Part shown: in pieces, positions 45,201 through 53,727 of the stretch | How positions within the stretch are numbered: position 1 is the stretch's first letter | How the letters are laid out: the number at the start of each line of letters is the position of its first letter | Source: Lentimicrobiaceae bacterium | Lineage (GTDB): Bacteria > Bacteroidota > Bacteroidia > Bacteroidales > UBA4417 | Direction: 5' to 3' | DNA length: 64,000 nt | Assembly (NCBI GenBank): GCA_033809755.1 | Contig: JAPXLB010000004.1 | Coordinates: forward strand, 3,030-67,029 | Position numbers and translations under genes: made by a program | The notes under the pieces: model-generated | Database searches by the model: none | The model's input: only the letters and a program-made list of their open reading frames with translations | What the model was told of the DNA's origin: nothing

Positions 45201-46433
45201 GCCGTTGAGGTACGAAGGTACAAAGAACACCTTTACTTTGTTGTTTTTGCAGTTGTTTAAACCAACTTCTTTAAGTTTGTTTAGAATAGGGTCATAGTTA
45301 GGTTCTACTAAGTTATGAGTCAAAAACTTATTGCTGAGTTCTTTGTTGTCATTGTTTTTTAGGACATCTATAAGTTCGCTTGAAGCTCCCAAGTTGTTTG
45401 ACGGAACCATTATAAAAGCAAGAACTTTTTTATCTGATTTTTCCGATGCATTGTATTTAGCAAGCGAGTCGATAAAAACGTCGATGCCTTTGTTTTTATA
45501 CTCGTATCTACCCGAAGTGGCAGCAATAAACGTATCTTCGGAGTAAGTTTCGTTTGTAAGTGCAGCTGCGACTTCCAAAAATTTCTGTCTGGATATTTTT
45601 CTTTTTTCGCCTGCAAGGTATTCTTCGTCTGATAAGACAAGTTTTTCGTCAAAGCCGTTGGTAGTAATTACATCATTTTTCTTATTCAAAAAATGTTCAC
45701 ATTCCTTGGCTGTAATTTGACTAACTGTTGTAAATACATCGCAAGTTGCAGCAGATTTTTCTTCGAGAGAATGTTTGGCTGTAAGATTAAATTTCTTAGC
45801 AATTTCTGAAGGCACGTAAGCATTCAGTTGGTCGTACAAAGGCAAGTTGTTACCGGCAATGCTTCTGCCAAGAACCGTTGCGTGAGTGGTGAAAACCAAT
45901 CCTATTTGCGGAGCTTTTTGTTTCAGATATAATATGCCGCTGCCTGTCATCCATTCGTGGAAGTGAGCTAAAATGCTGTCTTGAGCAGTAACATTATAAT
46001 CGTAAAAACTTTCAATTACTTTGCCGGCGGCGTAGCCAAAAAGTACAGGTTCAATGTAATCCCAGCCGCCTGAAATGCTATCTAAGTAGTATTTTTCCCA
46101 AAAATCGGCTAAAATTTTGTCTTTTTCATTTATGTATTTAGAAAAATCGACTAAAATCGCTATAGGTTTGCTTTCAATATTCCAATATCCTATTTTGAAA
46201 TTGATGCCGTCAATTTCGGCAACTTCTCTCCATGCTCTTAGTAGCGATTTGTCTTCGATAAACAAAGGATTATCGACAGTTTCTTTCCAAACGTCGGGAC
46301 CGATAAGTATGTAATTGTTTTGTAGTTCTTTTTTTAAAATCGAAGCCTTTGTGGATAGTACTGTGTATATGCCTCCAACCATGTTGGATACTTCCCAGCT
46401 GACTTCAAACAAGTAATTAGGTTTTGTATTCAT
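42201..46433 (-). CDS. Fusion protein: GT3 (eukaryote-type) glycogen synthase plus DUF3417/GT35 alpha-glucan phosphorylase
   Basis: 1410-aa ORF. The N-terminal ~550 aa reads [24 protein letters not shown] and [20 protein letters not shown] (GT3). The C-terminal ~850 aa reads [39 protein letters not shown] and [15 protein letters not shown] (PLP-Lys region, GT35). Confidence 0.85.
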   Translation of the reverse strand: [1410 protein letters not shown]

Positions 46434-46633
46434 TAGTAAATTCTTTTCTATTTTTAAATTTCAAGCGCGCCAAAAATAGTATAAATAAATTAAATAAGAG
46501 TTAATATTAAAGTTAAGATATTTAAAATCCATTATTTAAAACTCGCTTATAGACTCAATAACAGCTATTTAAGTGTGAATGGCTTAGTTTTTGTGAAAAT
46601 CAAAACGGTATATAATAACTGAGTTAGCAAAAA

Positions 46634-47563
46634 CTACTTAATAAGTTTTAAGTAATTAACTTCCGTATCGCTCAGGTGTCTGTACTTCCCACGCGGAAGG
46701 TCTTTTTTGGTTAGTCCTGCAAAGCTGACTCTGTCTAATTTTACAACCTGATAGCCAAGATGTTCAAATATTCTTCTAATTATTCTGTTTTTCCCCGAAT
46801 GAATCACAATGCTAACATCTCTTTTGGAAGTACTGTTTTCAGAGTAAGCAATATCATCAACTTTTATAAATCCGTCTTCGAGTTTTAAACCTTTTTTTAT
46901 TGCCATCAAATCGTTGTAGTCTAAGTTTTTATCAAGGGTTGCGGAATATATTTTTCTGATATTATGTTTCGGGTGTGTTAGCTTTTTTGCCAAGTCGCCA
47001 TCGTTTGTAAAAAGCAATAATCCTGTGGTATTTCTGTCTAATCGACCCACAGGGTAGATTCTTTCTTTGCAGGCTTTATCGACAAGCAACATCACAGTTT
47101 TGCGTTCTTGCGGGTCGTCAGTTGTAGTTATGTACCCTTTAGGCTTGTTAAGTAAAACATATCTGAAAGTCTCTCTTTTGAGCGTTTCGCCACAGTACTG
47201 GACGGTATCAGTGGGAAGTATCTTTGTTCCCAATTCGGTAACAACCACACCGTTAACCTTAACTTCGCCTGCCAAAATAAGTTGGTCGGCTTCACGTCTT
47301 GATGCGACACCGGAGTTGGCTATGTATTTGTTCAACCTGATAGTTTCAGGAACGGTGTTAGTAGTAGCCGTTTTGGTTTTTGTGGAATTGGTTTTTCTTT
47401 TGTTATACTTTTTTGTACGTAGATTATCTTCTTTTACAGTCTTATCGCCACGACGTACGTTAGTTTTTTTTTCGGAGTCTTTACTGCTTTTATTGACCCT
47501 TTTACTGCCCACACGCGTATTATCAGCCTTTTGTTTGTTGTTTTTATTCCTTTGCAGAGCCAT
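46634..47563 (-). CDS. rluB: 23S rRNA pseudouridine synthase, RluB-like, with a basic N-terminal extension and an S4 domain
   Basis: IRLNKYIANSGVASRREADQLILAGEVKVNG (S4 domain) and YPVGRLDRNTTGLLLFTNDG (catalytic Asp motif). I prefer the ATG at 47563, because the track start at 47578 is a TTG. Confidence 0.85.
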   Translation of the reverse strand: MALQRNKNNKQKADNTRVGSKRVNKSSKDSEKKTNVRRGDKTVKEDNLRTKKYNKRKTNSTKTKTATTNTVPETIRLNKYIANSGVASRREADQLILAGEVKVNGVVVTELGTKILPTDTVQYCGETLKRETFRYVLLNKPKGYITTTDDPQERKTVMLLVDKACKERIYPVGRLDRNTTGLLLFTNDGDLAKKLTHPKHNIRKIYSATLDKNLDYNDLMAIKKGLKLEDGFIKVDDIAYSENSTSKRDVSIVIHSGKNRIIRRIFEHLGYQVVKLDRVSFAGLTKKDLPRGKYRHLSDTEVNYLKLIK

Positions 47564-47672
47564 TTCTTTTTTTTGCAAAATTAAAAAAATGCTGATATTC
47601 AGGTAAATTCGTCAATTAAAAAACAAAGCAAAAAAATAACGTTTTTTTGAGCCATATAGTTACAATTATTAT

Positions 47673-47680
47673 TACATTTG
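47673..47680 (+). promoter_or_regulatory. Candidate -7 promoter box TACATTTG
   Basis: Matches TAnnTTTG. It lies 27 nt upstream of the ATG at 47707 and so supports that start. Confidence 0.35.
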
Positions 47681-47706
47681 CAAATAAACCTTTAATATTA
47701 AACGCC

Positions 47707-48831
47707 ATGGAAGCACAAGATCAAAAAATTATTACAATTGGAAGGTTTTCGTATTCACGCTCATTATTATTGCAAGCATTGCTTAACGACTCAAATATTG
47801 AGTCTTTTTTGGTTCCCAAAGATGTATTTTTCCCACCAAAATATACCGATATTAGAGTTAAAGAAAGCGATGTCGCAGAAGCTATGAAAGTTATAGCAAA
47901 TTCTCAACAAGACTATGGTAAGTCAAAAGCCAAAGCTTTAAAAGAATTGCTTGTTATGCGTAGGATTCTCGTCCCTGTCGATTTTTCGGAAACATCGTTA
48001 GAGGCAGCTAAATTTGCGTGCAGTATAGCTAATAGGTTTAAATCGGAGGTTATGCTTGTTCATGTTACCTATAATTTTGTTATAGATACCGTTCCGCGTT
48101 CCGATTTTTACGACTATCAGAAACGACTTGCAGAGAGCCTTATAGAGATAAAAGATGTTGCCAACGACAATTTGGAAAAATTGCAGAAAAAACTACAAAA
48201 TTATTGTAAGGAAAACAATTACAACAAAGTTGAGATAAACTCAGTAATGCTCGCAGGCAACGCATCTGCCGAAATAATCGATTATGCTGATACTTATAAA
48301 CCGTTTTTGATAATTATGGGTATCAGAGGACTCTCGGCAAAAAATAAATATACCTACGGTAAAGTTGCCGATGAGGTTGTCAACAAATCCAACCGACCGG
48401 TTTTGGTGTTGCCATCCGATCAGGCTGGCACCATTGACGATATAAAAGAAGTGATGTATGCAATGGACTACGACGACCACGATATTTCGTCTATCAACAA
48501 GATTATACAAATGGTTTCACCTCTGAATATCAAAATTCACTGTGTACACTTTAGTTTTGTTAGAACAAAACCATGGGATAAAATGAAATTAGAGGAGATT
48601 GAAAACCACTTGAGAACGGAATATAAAGACGTTGATATAACGTTTCAAAACATAGTTACCGGCGATGTTTCAATAGGAATAGAAACCTTTATCAGAAACA
48701 ATAACATAGGAGCTATAGCGGTAACGACTTACAAAAGAAAATTCTTAGAGAACCTTTTTAGCCCTAATTTTTCTGAAAAACTATTCAAAACCACAGGCAA
48801 ACCTATACTATTTTTCCCCGTCAGGAGATAA
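47707..48831 (+). CDS. Tandem universal stress protein (two UspA domains) with a small N-terminal DUF2007-like domain
   Basis: RILVPVDFSETSLEAAKFA...LIIMGIRG...VADEVVNKSNRPVLVLP is Usp domain 1. A second Usp-like half follows. I prefer the ATG at 47707 to the TTG at 47647. Confidence 0.75.
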   Translation: MEAQDQKIITIGRFSYSRSLLLQALLNDSNIESFLVPKDVFFPPKYTDIRVKESDVAEAMKVIANSQQDYGKSKAKALKELLVMRRILVPVDFSETSLEAAKFACSIANRFKSEVMLVHVTYNFVIDTVPRSDFYDYQKRLAESLIEIKDVANDNLEKLQKKLQNYCKENNYNKVEINSVMLAGNASAEIIDYADTYKPFLIIMGIRGLSAKNKYTYGKVADEVVNKSNRPVLVLPSDQAGTIDDIKEVMYAMDYDDHDISSINKIIQMVSPLNIKIHCVHFSFVRTKPWDKMKLEEIENHLRTEYKDVDITFQNIVTGDVSIGIETFIRNNNIGAIAVTTYKRKFLENLFSPNFSEKLFKTTGKPILFFPVRR

Positions 48832-48858
48832 ATTTCAGGTAGATTTCAGTTAATATTT

Positions 48859-48866
48859 TATTTTTG
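48859..48866 (+). promoter_or_regulatory. Candidate -7 promoter box TATTTTTG
   Basis: Matches TAnnTTTG. It lies 34 nt upstream of the ATG at 48900. Confidence 0.3.
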
Positions 48867-48899
48867 CAAAAAAATAATAAACAATAAAAACATAATATC

Positions 48900-50114
48900 A
48901 TGCATTGTGTAAGAAATATTACAGATAAAATTTTTTGGATTGGAGTGAATGACAGGCGTTTGGAACTATTTGAAAACATGTTTCCATTGCCAAAAGGAGT
49001 TTCGTACAACTCATACTTAATATTAGACGAAAAAACCGCTGTGGTCGACACAGTTGACGCAACTCAAAGGCAGCAGTTTATTGATAATATCAGATATTTA
49101 CTCAACGGTCGTCAATTAGACTACCTGATTATAAATCACATGGAGCCTGATCATTGCGGTAATATCGAAAGCCTTGTTGAGCTTTATCCCGATGTTAAAC
49201 TGATAGGAAACAGAACAACCTTCACCTTTTTTGAGCAATTTTATACTTCAGATAAAAAAGCAAACTATCAAATATTGGGAAAAGATGAAGTTTTGGATTT
49301 GGGCGAAAACAAGTTGCACTTTGTTCCTGCTCCTATGGTTCATTGGCCCGAAGTTACAGTAGCTTACGAGTCAACAAATAAAATACTGTTTTCCGCTGAT
49401 GCCTTTGGCACATTTGGCTCATTGAACGGAAATATTTTTATGGATGAAATCGATTACGACCTTGAACTACTCGACGAAGCTCGCAGATATTATACAAATA
49501 TAGTAGGTAAGTTTGGTCCGCAGGTTCAGTCCTTACTCAAAAAAGCTTCCGAATTAGAAATTAAAACCATTTGTCCGCTTCACGGTCCTGTTATCAGAAC
49601 AAGTGATGACATTGCAAAAATGATTCATCTTTACAACAAATGGAGTACCTACACTCCCGAAGAAAAAGGCATTGTTATTTCTTTCGGCTCAATGTACGGC
49701 AACACCGAAAATATTGTCGATTGCATTGCTCATAAACTTGCCGTAAACGGAATTAGAAATATAAAAATGTACGATGTATCTAAAACTCATGCATCGTATA
49801 TTATCGCCGATATGTTCAAATATTCGCATATGCTTATAGCAGCTCCTACGTACAACTTAGGGCTTTATCACGGAATGGAATGTTTGCTAAGAGAGCTTGC
49901 AGCTCTTAACTTTAAAAATCGTAAAGTAGCTATTGTCGGTAATCATACATGGGCTTCGGGAGCCTTAAAAACCATGAGAAATATTATCGAAAACGATTTC
50001 AAAAACATGGAAATAATTGGCGAAACTCTCGATATTAAATCTTCGTTGAAAGCAGAACAAGAAGCTATTATCGACGAATTGGCACAAGTAATTTCAAATT
50101 CTATTAAAGCATAA
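48900..50114 (+). CDS. Flavodiiron protein (FprA-type O2/NO reductase: metallo-beta-lactamase-like plus flavodoxin domains)
   Basis: 404-aa ORF with YLIINHMEPDHCG (di-iron HxExDH motif), SADAFG and PLHGP. The C-terminal flavodoxin-like region reads ISFGSMYGNTE. Confidence 0.85.
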   Translation: MHCVRNITDKIFWIGVNDRRLELFENMFPLPKGVSYNSYLILDEKTAVVDTVDATQRQQFIDNIRYLLNGRQLDYLIINHMEPDHCGNIESLVELYPDVKLIGNRTTFTFFEQFYTSDKKANYQILGKDEVLDLGENKLHFVPAPMVHWPEVTVAYESTNKILFSADAFGTFGSLNGNIFMDEIDYDLELLDEARRYYTNIVGKFGPQVQSLLKKASELEIKTICPLHGPVIRTSDDIAKMIHLYNKWSTYTPEEKGIVISFGSMYGNTENIVDCIAHKLAVNGIRNIKMYDVSKTHASYIIADMFKYSHMLIAAPTYNLGLYHGMECLLRELAALNFKNRKVAIVGNHTWASGALKTMRNIIENDFKNMEIIGETLDIKSSLKAEQEAIIDELAQVISNSIKA

Positions 50115-50149
50115 AACACAACGCAAAAATAGAATAAAGATAAGTTACT

Positions 50150-51217
50150 ATGAATGTAGCAGCTTTGGTTTCGGGTGGTGTTGATAGTTCGGTTATGCTG
50201 TACTTGCTCAAAGAACAGGGCATTAATCCTACTATGTTTTACATACAAATTGGTATGAAAGAAGATGAGCATTTCTTAGATTGTTCGTCTGAGGAAGACA
50301 TAGAAATTGCTACGGCTTTGGCAAAAAAATACGGACTTAAGTTGGAAGTCGTTCCGCTTCACAACGAGTATTGGGATAATGTTATTGAATACACCATCAA
50401 TTCCGTAAAAAAAGGTTTGACACCAAACCCCGATGTTATGTGTAATCGTCTGATTAAATTCGGAGAGTTTGAAAAACATTGGGGAAAAGACTTCGATTTA
50501 ATTGCTACAGGGCACTACGCAGGCACCGAAAACAAAATGCAAAAAAAGTATCTGACTACAGCCAAAGACAAGTTGAAAGACCAAACTGATTTTTTGGCTC
50601 AAATTACTTATAATCAGCTGTTAAAACTAACTTTCCCACTCGCCGATTATATGAAATCGGAGGTTAGAGATATTGCATTAGAACAAAACATGCCAAGCGC
50701 TATGCGTAAGGATAGTCAAGGGATTTGTTTTTTGGGGAAAGTTAATTACAACGATTTTATAAAAAAGTATTTGGGAATCAAGACTGGAAACATTGTTGAG
50801 CTAAGTACGGGAAAAATTTTGGGAACTCACAACGGATTTTGGTTTCACACTATAGGACAGCGAAAAGGACTTAATTTGGGCGGCGGTCCTTGGTTCGTTA
50901 TAAAAAAAGACGTTGAGCAAAACATAATTTATGTTGACAACGGCTACGACCCGCCTTCGCAATATACCGACACTGTTCTGCTAGAAAACATGCATTTTAT
51001 AACCGAAAATCCTTTTGGCGAGGAAGATAGTATCAATATCACTTTTAAAATCAGGCATACTCCTGATTTCACAAAAGGCGTTTTGCTCAAAACCAGTGAT
51101 AAATATATTATTAAGTCGGAAGAACCGCTTTCTGGTGTCGCTGCGGGACAATTCGGAGTCATTTACGACACAAATTCTCATATTTGTATGGGTAGTGGAA
51201 TTATTGATAACAATTAA
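50150..51217 (+). CDS. mnmA: tRNA 2-thiouridine(34) synthase MnmA
   Basis: 355-aa ORF with ALVSGGVDSSV (PP-loop), NPDVMCN, ATGHYA, KDQTDFL, DSQGICFLG and GQRKGL. Confidence 0.95.
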   Translation: MNVAALVSGGVDSSVMLYLLKEQGINPTMFYIQIGMKEDEHFLDCSSEEDIEIATALAKKYGLKLEVVPLHNEYWDNVIEYTINSVKKGLTPNPDVMCNRLIKFGEFEKHWGKDFDLIATGHYAGTENKMQKKYLTTAKDKLKDQTDFLAQITYNQLLKLTFPLADYMKSEVRDIALEQNMPSAMRKDSQGICFLGKVNYNDFIKKYLGIKTGNIVELSTGKILGTHNGFWFHTIGQRKGLNLGGGPWFVIKKDVEQNIIYVDNGYDPPSQYTDTVLLENMHFITENPFGEEDSINITFKIRHTPDFTKGVLLKTSDKYIIKSEEPLSGVAAGQFGVIYDTNSHICMGSGIIDNN

Positions 51218-51230
51218 AAAATACATACAT

Positions 51231-51704
51231 ATGAAAAAAACACATCTTCTTCTATTAGCAGTCGCGGTACTCTTATTAATGAGTTCATGCGGCAATAAAA
51301 CAATTTACACCGAACAAGTAGATTTTTCGAATAATATTTGGAACCGATTCGATAAAAAAAATATTAAAATACCATTCACTTCCGATGACGTAATTGTTGA
51401 TATTAGCATTGCTATAAAATACAATAATGATTTGCAGTACAACAATGTTGCCATGTATGCCATATTAACTTTACCTTCAGGCGAAGAAAGATTTCGTGAG
51501 ATACATGTTCCAATAAATCGAAATCTTGACAAAAAAATTGAAGCTGATAGTGTTTATGAAGCACAGGCATTTTTATGGAGAGGTGTTAATGTTTCGGAAG
51601 AAGGCACAGGTAACTTGGAAATCGAAAATATGATACCATACTTCGAAACAAAAGGAATTAAGCAACTAACTGTAGAGGTGTTGAAGTCGGGTTCCGACGA
51701 TTAG
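51231..51704 (+). CDS. gldH: Small lipoprotein, GldH-like (gliding-motility lipoprotein family)
   Basis: The ATG at 51231 gives MKKTHLLLLAVAVLLLMSSCGNK (lipobox). Size is ~157 aa, and the layout resembles GldH (early W-containing segment, then NN..YNN...L block). The track ORF from 51015 overlaps mnmA and is rejected. Confidence 0.5.
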   Translation: MKKTHLLLLAVAVLLLMSSCGNKTIYTEQVDFSNNIWNRFDKKNIKIPFTSDDVIVDISIAIKYNNDLQYNNVAMYAILTLPSGEERFREIHVPINRNLDKKIEADSVYEAQAFLWRGVNVSEEGTGNLEIENMIPYFETKGIKQLTVEVLKSGSDD

Positions 51705-51815
51705 TGATTGGTGATTAGTGGATGGTGGATGGTGGATGGTGGATGGTGGATGGTGGATGGTGAAAGATACTAACCACTCATCACCCATCACTCACCACTC
51801 ATCACTCATCACCAT
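51704..51815. terminator. Long heptamer-repeat hairpin between convergent genes (probable bidirectional terminator)
   Basis: The left arm is gtgattggtgattagt followed by five perfect GGATGGT copies (51720-51754). The loop is aagatactaa. The right arm ccactcatcacccatcactcaccactcatcactcatcaccatc is imperfectly complementary. Confidence 0.6.
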
Positions 51816-53594
51816 CTAGTCACTAACAAAATCCTTAACCAACTCTCTATAAGCCGAAAAGAAATTTGCTCTTGAAATAAAACCCAAGTACTTGTTATCT
51901 TTAATGACAGGCAGATTATAGTGCGGAGTGTCGGAAAATTTTTGAGCTACGCTTTCCATGCTTTCGTCGTATTCAACAACTGTATCGGGGTAAAAAGACA
52001 AAGTATCTGTGGTTACGATATCGTATTTATCTTTATCGAATAGCAGATGTTTTACGTCGTTGATGAAAATTATTCCCAAAAAGTTATTTTCTTCGTCAAC
52101 TACAGGGAAAATGCTACGCGTAGATTGTGCAACCAATTTTACGAACTCACCTAATGTTATGTTAGGAGGTGTTGTAGTAAAGTCTTTTTCAATTAATTTG
52201 TCAATCGAAAGTATGTTAAGCGCTGCTTTATCTTTGTCGTGTGTAATAAGTTCGCCCGAAGAGATTAAAGTTTTATGAAAATACGAATGAGGTTCAAATA
52301 TTATTGTCGTTAGATAAGAAGAAACAGCCGTAATAATAAGTGGAACAAGCAATTGGTAGCCCCCAGTAATTTCGGCTATAAGAAAAATTGCTGTAAGTGG
52401 AGCTAACATTACACCTGCCATCAAACCTGCCATTCCAGCTAAAATGAAGCATGTTCTGGGTAGTGCCGGTTCTGTGAATTTGTTTAAAAATTCGATTAAA
52501 ATGTAGCCTAATACTCCACCGGTAAATAGAGTAGGGGCAAATATACCACCAACTCCACCTCCAGAGTTTGTTGTGGTCATTGCTACAACTTTTAGCAACA
52601 TTACCAACACTAAAAAGATAATAACAACGACGTATTGTGAAGATAAAGCTTCGAATATACTACCTTTAAGTATTTGCTCAGCCGTGCCTTCGTTTATCAG
52701 TAGATTTAAAAAACTATAACCTTCGCCGAAGAGTGGGGGAAATAAAAATATTAAAAGACTTGTAAGCAAGCCACCTGCAACCATCTGTCTCCATTTGTTG
52801 TCGCGGGTTAGTTTTTTTTCAATACGTGTGCTTGTTCTCGAAAAGTAAACAGAAATAAATCCCGCTAAAATTCCTAGTATTATATAATAGGGTATATGTT
52901 TTAAAACAAAAAGGTTAGAAGCCAAATCAATGGTAAACAGAACATCTTTTCCCATAAAAAAGGCAGCTAAAATATAGCCCGTAGCCGATGAAATAAGTAG
53001 CGGTATAAGGCGACGAGCAGTCAAATCAAGCATAAGCACTTCTAAACAAAACACAACGCCTGCTATAGGAGCTTTAAAAATACCGGCAGTTGCACCGGCA
53101 GCACCGCAGCCTATCAGCAATGTTATCGATTTATAATCGAAACCGAAATATCTTCCCAAATTCGAACCTATTGCTGCACCCGTCAATACAATAGGTCCCT
53201 CAAGACCAATACTTCCACCAAACGCCGATGTAATACTACTCCCAACTAAAGACGAGTACGTATTGTGCATCTTTATTTTTCCCCTATTTCTGGACATTGC
53301 GTACAAAACCCTGCTTATCCCCTGACTTATAGAGTCTTTTACCACGTACCTGACGAACAACCATGCTAGCATTATTCCAATAAACGGAAGTATCAAATAC
53401 AAAAAACTTAAGTTATAGTTGTAAATAATCTTGGTTACAGTGGCGTACAGGAAATGTATAAGGTTTTTTAATACAACACCTGCCAATCCCCCCATTAATC
53501 CGGTAATAAGACTCAGTATAAGCAGCAATTGCTTCGACGAAATATGTTTCATTCGCCATTTGTGCAGGTTGTCTATTATAGGTTTTGTGTCCAT
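51816..53594 (-). CDS. ClC-family chloride channel / H+-Cl- antiporter with C-terminal CBS pair
   Basis: 592-aa ORF with GGSIGLEGP, GCGAAGATAGIFKAPIAGVVFCLE and GGIFAPTLFTGG selectivity-filter motifs. A C-terminal CBS-like region is present. Confidence 0.9.
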   Translation of the reverse strand: MDTKPIIDNLHKWRMKHISSKQLLLILSLITGLMGGLAGVVLKNLIHFLYATVTKIIYNYNLSFLYLILPFIGIMLAWLFVRYVVKDSISQGISRVLYAMSRNRGKIKMHNTYSSLVGSSITSAFGGSIGLEGPIVLTGAAIGSNLGRYFGFDYKSITLLIGCGAAGATAGIFKAPIAGVVFCLEVLMLDLTARRLIPLLISSATGYILAAFFMGKDVLFTIDLASNLFVLKHIPYYIILGILAGFISVYFSRTSTRIEKKLTRDNKWRQMVAGGLLTSLLIFLFPPLFGEGYSFLNLLINEGTAEQILKGSIFEALSSQYVVVIIFLVLVMLLKVVAMTTTNSGGGVGGIFAPTLFTGGVLGYILIEFLNKFTEPALPRTCFILAGMAGLMAGVMLAPLTAIFLIAEITGGYQLLVPLIITAVSSYLTTIIFEPHSYFHKTLISSGELITHDKDKAALNILSIDKLIEKDFTTTPPNITLGEFVKLVAQSTRSIFPVVDEENNFLGIIFINDVKHLLFDKDKYDIVTTDTLSFYPDTVVEYDESMESVAQKFSDTPHYNLPVIKDNKYLGFISRANFFSAYRELVKDFVSD

Positions 53595-53652
53595 TTTGGG
53601 AAGAATGAATAACTAGGTATGTGTTATTATGGCGTTATAGTGTATAGTCGTG

Positions 53653-53727
53653 TGCGTTGTACTGGATTCGAACCAGTGACCCCTACCCTGTCAAGGTAAT
53701 GCTCTAAACCAACTGAGCTAACAACGC
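53653..53727 (-). tRNA. tRNA-Val (anticodon GAC)
   Basis: The minus-strand sequence folds by hand. Acceptor GCGTTGT/ACAACGC, D arm GCTC-AGTTGGTTTA-GAGC, anticodon arm TTACC-TTGACAG-GGTAG (GAC at positions 34-36), T arm ACTGG-TTCGAAT-CCAGT, discriminator A. CCA is not encoded. Confidence 0.9.

Noticed and set aside
51015-51230. The long version of the GldH-like ORF, starting at 51015.
   Set aside because: Its first 72 codons overlap the 3' end of mnmA in another frame. A canonical lipoprotein signal peptide begins at the ATG at 51231, just after the mnmA stop.
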